From Vicugna vicugna (lineage: Eukaryota), in assembly GCA_013265495.1 (NCBI GenBank), contig PNXW01015080.1:1-64000 (forward strand): a DNA stretch of 64,000 nt, given 5' to 3'. How positions within the stretch are numbered: position 1 is the first letter of the stretch; every line of letters begins with the position of its first letter. The position numbers and the translations under genes were made by a program. Below, one piece after another: positions 1 to 12,916 of the stretch. The notes under the pieces were generated by a model. That model was given only the letters and a program-made list of their open reading frames with translations. It searched no databases and was not told the DNA's origin.

Positions 1-118
1 TTGAATATAGTTCCCTGTGCTATATAGTAGGACCTTGTTGTTTAACTTTTTATATATAGTAATTAGTATCTGCAAATCCTAAACGCCCAAGTTAGCCCTC
101 TACCCCACCTTCCCTTTG
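1..118 (-). mobile_element. Camelid-type L1 3' UTR fragment, cut by the window start
   Basis: ttgaatatagttccctgtgctatatagtaggaccttgttg matches the other L1 3' ends in this window (e.g. 27365, 59657). Confidence 0.85.
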
Positions 119-360
119 ATCCACAGAGTTTGTATAGACAAGGATTCTACTTTGATTCTACATAGAGTATGTAGGCAGGGATTCTACTTTGTCCAATTTT
201 AACATTGAAACTTTCTTTTGGGGGAGTTTGAGATATACTGATAGATATCCACGACATCCACAGTTGTATGTTCACCTGTATATACGTTTAAACATATGTA
301 CACACATTATCTGCATGTGAATATGTGGGTATGCACACATTTTGGGTTTTTTATATATAT

Positions 361-570
361 ACTTTTACTGAAGTATAGTCAGTTTACAATATTGTGTCAA
401 TTTCTGGTGTACAGCATAATGTTTCAGTCATACATGAACATACATATATTCATTTTCATCATAAGTTACAAGATATTGAATATATTTCCCTGTGCTATGC
501 AGTATGAACTTGTTTATCTGTTTTATATATAGTAGTTAGTATCTGCAAACTCAAACTCCCAATTTATTTT
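361..570 (-). mobile_element. Camelid-type L1 3' end, 5'-truncated
   Basis: actgaagtatagtcagtttacaatattgtgtcaatttctggtgtacagca is the reverse complement of an L1 3' terminus and is shared with several other copies here. Confidence 0.9.
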
Positions 571-574
571 GGGG

Positions 575-1000
575 GTTATTTTGTATTGAAAATCAATACA
601 ACAACTTTTGCCTCGTCTTTGCTTTTATAAGAGTTTGAGCCATTTTTAGTTATTGCTGATATGATGTGTTTAATCTTACTGTTTTCCATTTTCAGTGTTT
701 TGTTTCCTTTGCTTTTGTTTTGTCTTTGCTCTTTTGTCTTTGCTCTATGGCGTTCAGCTCTCCCTTCCAGGAGCCAGCGACAGGTAGAGTGACATGATAT
801 AAATCTTCCTTTGCCTTCCTCATGGTTATGCTTACTGTTTTGATTCATTGGTCAGCGCATACTTGTTTTGAGAGGCTGTATCTCCAAATTTCTTCATGGA
901 TTATGAAGTTAGTGGACATTCCTCTCTAAAGTGAGCTTCAGTTTGATACTTAGTTTGCGGTGTTACTCCTTAAAATATTTTTATGGGTCTGTATGAATAT
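575..1000 (-). mobile_element. Old L1M fragment
   Basis: T-rich degenerate sequence (gagtttgagccatttttagttattgctgatatgatgtg) resembling antisense L1M ORF2. Confidence 0.45.
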
Positions 1001-1509
1001 TTTTATTGGAAGATGGGGAAAATTCTGCCATGAAACCTGTATTCTTACTCCTTTAACACATTTAGGGAAATATATTCCGACTCTTATTTAAAGAGATGAG
1101 AATCTTATTTTAATTTGGTTCTCTAGAAGAATATCTAAAACCCAAACTGCTGCTGTAGTCAAAAAGGCTTACAAAATGCTGAGTATCGTCAGGAGCAATT
1201 CTGAAACAGGACAACTTGAGGCTACCTTTGTGAAGCTCTGGTTTTCCCAGCCATAGGGAGTGCATGTATTCTCAGGCTGGTGGTAAGGGAACTTGAGATA
1301 TAGCACATTCTTGCTCTCCCGCCTCTGCTTCAGTTAGGGTCACTCTGCAGTCACATGTTAGAACAGTACACCTCAGATGACAGGGGAGGATGAGCCGTCG
1401 AATAATTATGAAAAATTAATGTGATTCAAGCATAAAATTCGGTAAGGATTTCCAGAGTTTGATCACCACATCCTAGAATCCTGGCCTGTAGGCTTAATTT
1501 TTCCTTTTT

Positions 1510-2040
1510 ATTCCCTTAAACAAATATTTGAGATTATATACAATCCAATTCAACACAGGCATTGTTACAGTCTAATAGGTGAGATGCTGAATTTATGGTC
1601 CTTCAGATAAGGACAGCTCAAAGGACAGTTTGACGCTCAGGGGAGAGATCTGGGTACAAGAGGTAAACCTGAGAATTGTCTTGTAGGTTCTGACTGAAGC
1701 CATGGGCGTGACTGTGGCCAATGGAAAGAGAATCCAGCAGAGAGGGAGTTTTTACTGATTTGGTCTTAAAGAACTTCAGGCTTTAAAAGACAGGAGAGAA
1801 GGCTGAACTGGCAAAGGAAGTGGAGAAGGAACAGCCAGGAATATAAGAAAGTTAGGATGGCCTTTGTCATAGAAACTAAGGGAAGAGCTATCTTAATAGG
1901 AGGTAGAACACACAATTCCAGGGGCTCCCATCTGCGTGGAATTTAAGGTGGTACAGCCTTGAGAATAGACGGTAGAGGCCAGAGTGGAGGCGGGAAGGCC
2001 AGTTGGGAGGCTGCGGCAGTGGTTCTGGTTTGAAGAGCGT
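1510..2040 (-). mobile_element. L2 LINE fragment
   Basis: Purine-rich antisense L2 pattern: aaacaaatatttgag, then gagagatctgggtacaagaggtaaacctgagaattgtc...gactgaagccatggg. Confidence 0.6.
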
Positions 2041-2899
2041 GGTAGCCGAAGAGGGTATTTATATGTAGGATACAGGTGGTATTTACTCACCGTGACTTAA
2101 GTCCAAAAATACGTTACGATGGGCAACGAGGTAAAACTGTTATTTTGAAGATTATGATGTGCTAAATCTACTTAAGCTATTTCATGAAATAACACTCATG
2201 TGATTAAAATCCAAGCCTTGCCAGACTGACAGTAAACAGCTACATTCTCCCGTCCCATCCTCCCCATCCCCAGTCACATTCCCCAGGGGGACCCTTCTCA
2301 CTCTCTACTATTGTGAACTCAGTTTTTAGCTCTTCTGGCCAATTCTTCATAAATTGAGATAGGATATCTTCCTCCTTCATCCTCTTTGCACTTCAGCTGT
2401 TACTTCCTGTGGGGTAGGGGGAGATATAGCCCACTCGGGCACCTGGCTCCCTTTCTTCTCGGAATACGGTTATTTAGTGCTGTTGGTTTCCGCTGGCTGA
2501 CCCCGGTGTGTTCCCCCTCCTGACAAGCAGTAGACTTGCCAGCTGGGAGCATGGCTGCCTTTTCTCCTCTTGCTCTCCCCCTCCTTTTGTTAACCATGGC
2601 CCTGAGCCTGATTGTCTGCAGGGTATGGGTCAAGAACACAGCCCAGGGGGAAGTCGACTTTGTTTCTCCCCCAGCAGCGCAGGACCAGGTCCCATGAGAC
2701 CGTCCGTCTTGGGGGGAGTTGCACAGGCAATGTCTGTTACAGAATTCAGGAAGCCAGGCCAAAGGTTGCTGAGATTTTGCTGCGGAGAGCAGAAAGCGAG
2801 TCTTGGCCAGCCAGGGGTCAGTATGTGGCATACAAATTGCTGCTCCAGCTGGTTACAAGTTGTTGATAGCCCTCAGAGGGGAACAGCCGGGGTCTGTTG

Positions 2900-3245
2900 T
2901 CTGGTCCAGATACCGCCAAGAGCTAGTGTGACTGGAAGTGATGTGTGCAGACCCTGTGGGCCATTCCCTAAAAGGGAGGGACACCTCCTCCCTGGTCTCT
3001 TCTGTTTCCCACTGGCTGGAACATCCCTGTCAGTCGTTAGAGCAGCCGTTTGGATGAGGACAGGGTTGCTACTTGTTGAGGATAGCAGGGGACACGTGCA
3101 GGAGCCCAGAGCCCTGGGAGCTTTGCCGAGGGGACCTGCTGCCCTGGCTGGGACCTCTAAGTGAGAGAGAAGAACTTCTGTTGTGTTTATGCTAACTTTA
3201 CACTGACAGGTTTGATTTTTGTTATAATCTGTTCTAATATCCACA
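2900..3245 (+). mobile_element. MaLR solo LTR, MLT1J-like
   Basis: gaagtgatgtgtgc...ccctaaaagggaggg...ctggctggaac...cagccgtttggatgagg...gtgagagagaagaacttctgttgtgttta follows the MLT1J layout. Confidence 0.7.
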
Positions 3246-3818
3246 TCCTACCTGCACTTAGCTTTTTAACTTAATACACTCACACCTTGATTTCTGCGTT
3301 TTTCAACTGTGGACCTTATAGCTGTGCTCTTTCTTCTCTTAGTGTTACTCACTAGGTATTTATCTCCCGCCTCTTTCTTGCTACGTTTCCAGCTTCCCTG
3401 GCAGCTGTGGATGGCCGTGTGATGTAAGTTCTGATATATGAGACAGGAGACAATCCTCTTGTGACCGAGGGAAGTACTAAGGGAACCCAGAGATGCCAGG
3501 TCAGACACACTTGATTCTGAAACCATTGCCAGCAGCACCTGTGTCCAGACGTTTTTCTTTGAGGAAAAAAATACCCTCCCAAGGTTGCTAATTGACATTT
3601 TGTGTTTTTTAAAAAAAAATTAAGATCTCTACTCTTTGAGGAGTTGATTCTAGAAATTGAAAATTGAGTTTACATCAAGACTCCTTTTTACTGCAAAACT
3701 GTATAATATGCTTGGTTGCATTTCTTGTAAAAGTATTTTTCTTGGAGTCTTTTTTTTAAAAAATCCTGTGCATCTTATCTCCCTTCATTGCCTCCTTAAG
3801 TTGTTCCAAATTATAAAC

Positions 3819-4215
3819 CAGTGCTTCTCATCAGGGATGGTAATACCCCCAGCAGACATTTAAAACAACTTATGGGCTGTTTTTGGTTTTCTCAGTGATT
3901 GATTTTGGAGGTAGGAGTGTTGCTACTGGCATTTAGTGGCAGGATCCAGGGGTTCTGGAACTCCTGAAATGCATGCTCTGTTGTCCGTCACACACGGCAT
4001 ATGAATGCCCTGTTGGACACTTACGTAGTTAAAGCTGTTGTGTAATTATTTGAGCCTAGAGCATAACTCTTCATTTACAGAATGCAAAGTATCTCTTGCA
4101 TGGGTTTAATACATTATGATTTTTCCTAGAACTTCTGGGTAAATTGAAGGAAGGTTGAACTTTGGGAACTCTCCTAAGAGTTGTTCACCATTTTGAAAAT
4201 GTCACCAACAGCAAT
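3819..4215 (+). mobile_element. hAT-Charlie MITE, MER20/MER20B-like
   Basis: Starts cagtgcttctca; contains gtgttgctactggcatttagtgg...caggatccaggg, typical of the MER20 family. Confidence 0.6.
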
Positions 4216-4291
4216 GATGCTTCTAATACATGTTCCAGTACAAGATGCTTGTGTCAGTCTTCATTTTCAGTTGTACTTGATTTTATGGAGA

Positions 4292-4316
4292 TGTGTGTGT
4301 GTGTGTGTGTGTGTGT
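4292..4316. repeat. (TG)12 microsatellite
   Basis: Read directly from the sequence. Confidence 0.98.
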
Positions 4317-4679
4317 ATAAACTACTTAGCCCTTATTTCAAAGTGTCAAAAACAAAGAATAGTGTTAACAACTTTCAGTTCCCTTAAATTCTGCCTTTTC
4401 CATTATACATAGGTGGATGCATGCATTTAATTTATTTTATTTTGTAGGTCAGCTATGTCCAAGCATTTACATACAAAGATACATGTTATTTCAGTGACTT
4501 GATTATGTTGTTTCTGTTCCAGTTAGGATGTTATATTTGTATTTTTGAAAACATCTGTGCTGATAATATAACCTAGCTATAAATTTCATTGCTGGATAGC
4601 AAGAGGGTTACTTTTCTGTTGACTTTTGCAGTCAAAGGGGGCTTATCAGCTCAGACCCAGTAGGAAATTCACAAACTTA

Positions 4680-5000
4680 GAGGGTCAGACAGGTTGAAGA
4701 GAACCAGTGAGGGGACGGTGGAGCGTTCAGAAGCTGGCTACAGGGAGAAGCCCTTAGGTACCTCTAGGCCTGCAAGGGTGGAAGAAGGGAGCTGTGACCT
4801 GAGCTGGGTGGGAGAAGGGCTGCCTGACAGAGGCTGTGGGCTCTGGGTGGAGAGACCAGTCACCAGAGAGAAGCTGGGTGCAGAAGTGCTTGCTGTGGTG
4901 AGTCATTAATCCCCCGAGGCACAGAGCATGGTGGACAATAGGGGACACATGGATCTGGAGGACAGAGGGGACTGTCCAGGGATGTCATTTCTGATTAGAT
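4680..5000 (-). mobile_element. L2 LINE fragment
   Basis: Purine-rich degenerate L2 antisense sequence (gggctctgggtggagagaccagtc...ggacacatggatctggagg). Confidence 0.55.
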
Positions 5001-5269
5001 TTGAGAGTCACTTTTCCGGAGGATGGCATTAATCTCTCGATTTCTCCCTTCTTAACGCAGATCTGTCCCTTGTGTAGCCTTCCTGTGGCATTCTTTAATC
5101 TGAACTGGTGTTTGGACAGCAGGCTGAGTTGCCATTCTCCCAACATAGTTCTTTTGAGTTGGAGACTCTGTTTCTTTCTTTTGTTTGAACCTTGTCACAT
5201 GCACCTTTGTATGGGAGAACGTGTGAGAAATTTTCCAAACCCACGCAGGACTGTGGTTTTCTTTATTTT

Positions 5270-5760
5270 GATGGAGTAATTATCTGGGCATTGAAGTCTG
5301 GGTTGAAATCATTCTCCCTCAGAACGTTGAAGGCGTTGCTCCGCAATCTTCTCGCTTCTAGTGTTGCTAATGAAAAGTTTGAAGTCCGGTTTCATTTTGA
5401 CATGACCCATGTTTTTTTATGTCTTATGCTTTTACTGTTTGTTATCTTTAGGGGGTATTAAAATGTTACAACAGTCCTTTTGACTTTTAAAGAATGTATT
5501 GTGCTAGGCACTTATTTATACCCGATAGAGTTCTAGGAGCGTGTCTTTCCGCTCTTGGACATTCTTATTTTTTGTGAACTTGAAATGGAGGGAGGCTGAT
5601 GGTAAAGGGTGGTGTTTGCTTTTCTGCAGGGTGAGACAGCCTCTTGAAATCATTCTGCTGCCTTTATTAGCACATTTAAAGATCATGGAACCTTCTGTTT
5701 GGATGAATTTTCTAATAACTCTTCAGATCGATTGTCACTAACAAACGAGTGTTTTTCTTT
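5270..5760 (-). mobile_element. Old L1ME-type fragment
   Basis: ctgggcattgaagtctgggttgaaatcattctccctcagaacgttgaaggcgttgctcc...ctagtgttgctaatgaaaagtttgaagtc matches antisense L1M. Confidence 0.6.
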
Positions 5761-6058
5761 TCACCTACTCTTGGTTTTCCTTTAGGAGTATAACCATGTA
5801 TTCATAGTATGTGCATATTCCCTATTATGTTTTAATTTTCTGTATAACTGTTTTAAGGAAGCTCTTAACTAGAATAAGGCCCATAGATCCTAAAATGACC
5901 TTGATAGGGTAGACTATAATCATCTGGCTGGAGAAAGGAATTTCAAAAGAAACTTGTTGTTCAGCATTGTTTTTTACCTATAGATATTAACCAGTATGGT
6001 AAAGGTAAGAATAAAATTAAAGGTTGTCATCGAATTAGTTATCCAGCTCTTTTCAACC

Positions 6059-6120
6059 TGTGTGTGTGTGTGTGTGTGTGTGTAAAGATATATATATGTA
6101 GATAGATAGATAGACAGATA
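6059..6120. repeat. Compound (TG)12-(TA)n-(TAGA)n microsatellite
   Basis: Read directly from the sequence. Confidence 0.95.
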
Positions 6121-8169
6121 TGACTCCCATGTCCATAAAATAGTCTGTTGGGATATCCCCTTTAAGGTAAAATAGTATAAATTTTCAATTAACCAAAACT
6201 CAAGTAAGTTGAATATTTTAATCAGTTTAAGGAGCAAACCAATAAGGGAGTAAAGGGAGTTGGGTAGTCAGGAGTATATTCAACCTATGAGGTGTGTGCT
6301 AGGGTCGGAGAGAGACTGCATTCCATCAGTAACATTTTGGCAGAAGTTAACTGAGTTCATTTTCTAGTGCATGGCCCTTGGGCCCTGCTCCCTGACCGTA
6401 TCAATATATAATGGTTTCAGTAGGTGGTACCATCTGTGTTTCTACCCCAACAAGAGCCGAGTGGCTAACGGTGAGAACATTTTAACTTTTTACAAAGCAA
6501 CTTCTTTTATTTTCATTAAAGATGGCTCTGTTCAGTGTATTTGCTTAAATACTGCACTTTTCACTTGGTTTTTTTGTTTTTTTCTCTCATCAGGGACCTC
6601 ACTGGGCCCCCCAATGCTTTCATTAATTTCCGAATTACGTATTTGCTGTTCAGAGGCCTCATAACAGAATAGTCTCAATCTCTTCACAAAAAATGTTTAG
6701 TCTAAAATGTCAACTCTACATAATGTGCCTGAAATATTAATGTTTACCCGGGTTTTAAGGTGTTCTTCAGAGCATGAAGGTTAAAAGGGGATTGAAAAAA
6801 GGGATAAAATGCATAATGGCTTTTAAAAGAAATGAGTAAATGACATTTTTAAGCCTTTGAAGTTTGAGCTCATCCCATTTCTGTTTCTGTGTTTGCTCAG
6901 GGAGTGTAGGCAATCTGCTTAAGGTCATTCAGTTTGTAAATGATGGCGTTTGAATTCTCAGGCCTCTGTACCTCCAAACCCTTGGATCTTTATTTCAGAT
7001 GCTTCCCAAGGTGTCTTTTTTTTTTTCCTTGCAGGATAAGAACTACTTTGTTTCTGGTATAAGAACTAATTTAAAATTGTTCTGTTGGTTTGCACTGAAG
7101 ACAGGAGTGGGTGGGTATATGGCAGGACAAATCACCTGCCCCTGAGCATTACTACCTACAGTTAAAGCCCGACCGATGGTAACTTGAGTGCTTTTTCCAC
7201 AGTGGCTTTATGAAGGGGATTAGGATTATATGGGGAAACTGTTTGAATAGGACATTTTAACGTCAGGATCTCATAATTGGAATTCTGAATTCTCATAAAG
7301 TGTAATCGTCTGTCACACTGCTGAGAAGGTGATTGATCTTGATTCCAAGTGCCTGACCCTGGGGCGCCTGTGCCCAGGGCGCACATTCCCCTCCGCAAAG
7401 CAGCGTTGGATCTGACTAGGGAAGGGCGTCCTCATTTAAAACAGTTTGACCTGAGTTTCTCTTTTACTATTTCAGTTTTTTACTGTCTTTTTTTTTTTTA
7501 TTACTCATAAATCTCCAGAATTCTGTGTGTTTTCTGAATAAAGAAATAATATGTACTTATAAAGTCTAGAAGCAGAGAAACGGGGGAAATAAGTTACAGT
7601 CTGACCAGAGGGTAACAGCAGAGTGCTGAGCAATTCATCTTACTGTTCCCATCCTCGCTTCCTGCTGTTGATCATACTAGAAACAGTTTCGTACCTTGCC
7701 CTTTTTTTTCCTACTTAGCACTATATCCTATTTTTCTATTCAAAAAACTCTAATACTTTTTAATGTTGTATATTCTTGTATATGCATATCAAAAGTAAAC
7801 ATTTATGCTGTGATCATCTGAGTATGTCTTAGGGGATGAGGGATAAGAGTTCACAATATTTCTAGACTGGGAATGAAGAATGTGCACGTATTGAGGCTTG
7901 TAGTATATATTGAATAATTCCTTTCTAGAACAAATGGACATCTATGTTCCTACATATCTCACTGCATGCTTGCTAACTTTGAATATTATGTCTCTGTAAA
8001 ATGGGTTTATTTTAACAAACATCTAGTCCTTACTATTGCTCCATTGTTAGATGTCTTTGTATATTTGATTAACACAAATGGTATCTTGTTTTAATTTATT
8101 TACTTTAAAAAAAAGTTAAAAATCTCACTTTTCACATATTTTTAGTCACCATTGCGCCCCATATTTTGA

Positions 8170-8520
8170 AGACTCTTGAGGCAAACTGGGAGCTGAGAAT
8201 TGATATTGGTGTGTTTGCAAAGCCTGTAAGCAGAGGTCTGTGTGTCCAGGACTAGTGGCAGATTGGTGACAGGGAGAGGAGTTGGGTGGCACTGCAGTAG
8301 TCTAGGGAAGGAGAGCCTGAGTGAAGGTGGTGACTGTGAAGGTGGGTGGGATGATGGAGAAGCAGGAGAGGCTGTAAAATGTTTAAGAAACAGAATGAGA
8401 AGCAAACAGGGACTGACTGAAATGAGGAGGATTTAGAGATTATTCTTAGGATCTTGCTGGTGCCCCTTGTGGAACAAAGAACCATTACCAAGATGGGAAA
8501 CGAAAGATCTGGGCATGTTC
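8170..8520 (-). mobile_element. L2 LINE fragment
   Basis: gcagtagtctagggaaggagagcctgagtgaaggtggtgactgtgaagg...gggactgactgaaatgagg is an antisense L2 pattern. Confidence 0.65.
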
Positions 8521-8524
8521 CAGT

Positions 8525-8957
8525 GAGGACGGTGTTGACTCTGAACAGAAAGCCTGTCTAATAGCTTAAACGACTGACTGGACTTTATTTGTCTCTCTCT
8601 ACAAGAGTGCATTGGCCAGGAGGGTGGCTCAGTGATGCTGTCGTAAAGAAGCCTCCTTCTGTTTTCCTGCTTTTCCAACCCTAGCCTGAGGCTTTGCCCC
8701 CGTGGTTGCAACCACCTGCAGGTCAGGTATTTGTTCCAGGCAGGAGGAAAGGAGAAGGAGCTATGGGCTTTATCATGGGGAGACTTTATTCTGGAGAGGA
8801 GTACCTTTTCCACCTCAACTTCTTTCTCTATCTTGTTGGCAAATTAGAGCTGTAAATAAGGCTGGGATATTAGTTTATTCTTACCAGCCTCTGTACTAGA
8901 GGAAAGCAGAGGAAGAAGGGTTTTGGAAAGGGAGTTAAGCCGCTGACAGTATGCCAG
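8525..8957 (-). mobile_element. MaLR LTR, MLT1K/L-like
   Basis: gactctgaacagaaagcc...gcttaaac...tttatttgtctctc...ggctcagtgatgc; ends ggaaagggagttaagccgctgacagtatgcca. Confidence 0.55.
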
Positions 8958-10643
8958 TGAGGGGGCAGCATATAAATTAAATGTTGGCCATATTTGCAGA
9001 GGAAGCTTTTATGCAATGGAAAATAGTGTGTAGATTTCAGAAGTTCCCAGGATTTGAAGGGCAGATGCAGTCTACATTTGCTTCCTATTTAGTCTTATAA
9101 CTAAAGGACTTCAAATTCCTGTTTCTAGGTTTTTCTTCCTGAGGACCACATCCTGTACCTTCCAACTACAAGACCAGGCTCCCCAGAACACCCCGCATTC
9201 TGGTCCAGGGTGCTGTCATTTCTTCATTGCCCTCAGAATTCTCTTGTGAGCGTGAACAGTGTTGATGGTAGGGGTCCTTTGAATTCCAGTTTGTAATTTA
9301 TCAGAGAGATGACAACCATATTTTTCAGTCCCTCTCATATATACCTTTTTGTATCTGGAGAAATGGATTGTTAGGACTAAATAAAATAACTTGTATAGTA
9401 GCTCCCAGTATCCCTTCCTGTTTTCCTCTCCATGATTTTGGTCCAGGCAGAGTACTGCTAAAGAATACTACTAATGCCAACAAGGAAATGCTCCCTCCCC
9501 GAAATTAGCAACCCCTTTCTCTAGGATCACGCTTGTTTTCCCATCGGTCTTCCTCTCCTGCCCTGACTGCAAGCCGATGGGGATCACAGTCACACTTTAA
9601 AAAGCTTTCAGACTCCACCGCAAACCACTTCCTCTCCAGGGAGAAAGGCTTTTAAGTAATTCAAAGCTTTTTATGGGTTATATTTGTATGGGGTATATTT
9701 TCATATATAACAAGTCAGTAAACATCTGATTTTTTTTATCTCATATAAATATGGTGATATCCCTTTATACTATGATTTTTTTGAGAACATGATTCCCTTT
9801 TGAATGAAACTAAGTGGTGACTGGCAGCTGGATTGCTGAAGCCCTGTTCTCTGTTGAGGGAGGGTACCCGTCTTCCCCGGGGGTCAGCACAGCGTTCCCT
9901 TCATACTAAACACTTACGCAACACAATGACATCTTAAGTGTTTTTCTATAGAACTTGTTACTCTCTGCACACACTTGAAGCTAGATTTTTCTGTTTGTTG
10001 ATGCGTGCTATTTATCCGCAGAGATAATAAGCATTAGACCCGAGGCTGCCCAGGGGAGTCTCAGTCCTTGCATATGTGAAGCACGCCTTGTTCCAGCACA
10101 GCTAAGCAGCACGGTGTGGGGTGTCCTGTTTGGCGATGTTCTGTAGCAGACGTGGGTGGTGTCTTTGTCTTGACACCTCAATGGCTCGAGTTTCTCTCTC
10201 TTGACTTTTCTGTGCATGTGCGTCCTCTCCTGACTTTCTAATTATATGCTGCGAGTACAGGACTGGCGAAAGCAAGACCCTCATTTCTGGCAGCTCTTAC
10301 GACATTGCCTTAGGAGTGCCTGGAGCCTGGTTGTGCTGGCTGAGAGCAGCAGGCTTTGCAGAAGGACTGGGCTGGGGTTTTCTACCAGAGTTGTATGCCA
10401 GGACGTGCCTGGGGGCTTTTGCCTTGGGCTGCAGAGAATATGTTTGCAGAGCACTGAAACTGGCACAGGGTGTGTGCCCTCCACCTCTGCTGCCCTTCCG
10501 TTTCTTCCATTTCCCCTACCATCCCTCCTTGCCTGATTTCCCCGGGAAGGATTTGATACAGTGTGGATTGACAGATACACGATAACCTTCAAGACTTTAA
10601 CACAGTATAGAAACGTATGTTTGTGTGTCTTTTGATGTAGGCG

Positions 10644-11153
10644 TATATTGGGATCTAGTCAGAAAAACGATTATAGAGTGGTTTAATAGAAGGAATTTAA
10701 TATAGGGAACTAATTATGAAGGCATTGGAAGGCCAAAAGAGCAAATGTGGGTCTGTTATGCAATGCAGAGGTTATCAATTGTGGGAAGCTGCTGCCATCC
10801 CTTGGGCTAAAGGGACACAGGGAGGAATTGGTGTTGTCAGAGCTGGAGAGGGGAGCTGAACCCAGGGTCTAGGGCCATCCAGTGGTGACTGGAACCGTGG
10901 ATGAGGCTGCCCACGGGGAACTGGAACAATGAGGGAGATGTGGCGACAGCTGGAGGTACCTCCTGGAGTAGAGTAGGTGGGGGGAGAAATACTCTGAACT
11001 CTCCCCTCCTCGTCATGTCCATTCTCCTGCTGGTCTGACACCAATAGCCAATCTGTCAGGAAGCCTGGGTACTGACATTCCTGGGGTTCGGTCCTCTGAA
11101 GGGAGGGAAGGCAGGGGAATCGGTGGGAGAGCAAACAGGCAAAGGGCTGGCGC
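10644..11153 (-). mobile_element. ERVL-class solo LTR (LTR40/41-type, subfamily uncertain)
   Basis: gggatctagtcagaaaaac...gaaggaatttaatatagggaac...ggaagctgctgccatcccttgggctaaaggg...gagagcaaacaggcaaagggctggcgc. Confidence 0.6.
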
Positions 11154-11556
11154 TGAGGCCTTTTCCTTCCGTGTGCTTCTAACGACTGTAGTCAGGCCTT
11201 ATTTTTCTAGCATAATGCACATCCCTGATGAACCTTAAACCATTTCCATTTTAGATTTTTTTTAACTTGTGAAAGTGAATGTGTGGGGTTTCTTTAATTT
11301 CTTGCTGGGACTTTTGGCATGGGGATTGCAGTCCGCCGCAGGATTGCCGGGAGCCCTCTACACCTGCTTCCGGCCCCGCGCCCCCAGCTCTTGTCTGTTC
11401 CCTACCAGCGCTCAGAGTGATTCTCTTACAACAAAGGTCAGGTTGCTCCTCTGTTCAGTGACCGCGGTGGGTTCCAGGGCCTTCTCAGTGAGAATGAGGA
11501 ACTCTGCAGGGGCATGTCCTTTCTCTCACCTCCTCTCCTGCTCCTCCAGCTCAGCT

Positions 11557-11569
11557 CGCCTCCTGGTGG
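11557..11569 (-). promoter_or_regulatory. Candidate CTCF core motif
   Basis: The reverse complement CCACCAGGAGGCG is one base from CCACCAGGGGGCG. It sits next to a small CpG cluster (about 11330-11390). Confidence 0.45.
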
Positions 11570-12078
11570 CTCGTGGAACCTGCTGCCATGTTCCTCCCTC
11601 TGCCCCTGTGTCCTTGCTGCTCCCTGGACCATGAATGCTCTTCCTCTCGTGTCCTTGCCTCCTTGCCTTCCCTGCTGCTTGACCATCAACTCAGCAAGGC
11701 ATCTCCTGACTTCCCCGTCTCTCATTCACACATTTCCTCCTTCCCTGCCCTGTTTTTGCTGTTCCCTGTTGCACTGGACACCACCTGGTACACTGTGCAG
11801 CGTGGTCATCAGCCTCCCCATCTCTCCCCCGTCTGTCACGGGAGCTCGGCAAGGACAGTTCGGCTCTTGGCAGCGTCATTCAGGGGACGTCAGGCGCACG
11901 TGGTCATTGGCTGGACAGCGGAGAATCCTCCTAGATTTTCCAAATTTCTTTCTGCTCCTCTTTCTCAGTTGTGTCAATTAGGTATAACATGACACTTCTG
12001 ATTTTCCGACTTTTTAGTGAGTCACTCGACTTGATAAAAAATAAAATACCACTTTTCCACTCAAATTGCTGAGGGAGT

Positions 12079-12232
12079 GAGAATTCTGGATCCGAGTTCC
12101 AGTTCTGATACTAGTTTTTTGCTCGTGGACAGTTACTTGTGCCCCAGCTTCCTTGCCCTACGACAGGGTTGTAAGTATTAAGGCATAAAAACACTGGTGT
12201 ACACAGTAAATGCTCACTAAACGTTAGCTATT
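12079..12232 (+). mobile_element. MIR SINE
   Basis: tctggatccgagttccagttctgatac...cagggttgtaagtattaagg...acagtaaatgctcactaaacgttagctatt (MIR 3' end). Confidence 0.75.
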
Positions 12233-12578
12233 GCAGGTTAGGTTTACTGAGGTGACCAGGAGAACGTGCCCTCGGGCTTCCTGCTGGGGAGCATAATTCA
12301 CAGCCCAGCGCTGCCCCTTTGCTTCCAGCTCCTCCACGAGGTCCTGTTTCCCGCCGGCCTAGCTGGTGATGCGGCACAGAGGGGCTAGTAAGGCAGGCAC
12401 GCTCCTCCAAATTGTGGGACTTTGCTGGCAGGTGACTTTAGCTCGGGGACTCTGCGATGGCCTGGTTGAACCTTCCTTGAACCTTTGTCATAAGTTCAGT
12501 CCTCCTTCCTTCCCCTTCCGCAGGCATCACGCCTGCATCTTGTACGAGGCTGCTCCCTGCCACCTCCTGCCCCCTACT

Positions 12579-12916
12579 TGTGATGGACTGAGTGTTTTTG
12601 TGTCTCCAAAATTCATGTGTTGAAATCCTAGCCCCCAAGGTGATGGTATTAGGAGATGGACCTTTAGGAAGGTGGAGCCCTCATGAACGGAATTTAAGTC
12701 CCCAGAGAGTTCTTACCTGTTTCTGCTTCAAGAGAGATGCAGCAAGGAGATGGCTAGCTGTGAACTGAGAAGTGGGCGTGCACCGCACACCAGTTCTACT
12801 CGTACCTTGATCTTAGACTTTCCAGGTCTTAGACTTTTCCAGAACTGTGGAAAAATAAACGTTTGTCACCCAGTCTATGGTATTTTTGTTTCTAGCAGCC
12901 CGAGGGTACTGGGACA
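12579..12916 (+). mobile_element. MaLR solo LTR, MLT1A-like
   Basis: tgtgatggactgagtg...caaaattcatgtgttgaaatcctagcccccaaggtgatggtattaggag...aataaacgtttgtcacccagtctatggtattt...gggaca. Confidence 0.85.

Noticed and set aside
122-191. Imperfect short duplication (gag...ggattctactttg twice)
   Set aside because: Two degenerate copies between L1 fragments. Ordinary slippage, and not a CRISPR-like array.
2508-3164. Longest ORF in the track (218 aa) and its overlapping ORFs
   Set aside because: Its 3' part lies in an MLT1J-like LTR. The sequence is GC-rich, with long ORFs in several frames on both strands and no recognisable domain.
7015-7075. Strong plus-strand acceptor (ttttttttttccttgcag) with a short ataagaacta duplication
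   Set aside because: No convincing donor or in-frame partner exon.
11269-11992. Overlapping 121-155 aa ORFs rich in Leu, Pro, Ser and Cys
   Set aside because: A CT-rich low-complexity stretch that is poor in stop codons in all frames. No protein-like composition.
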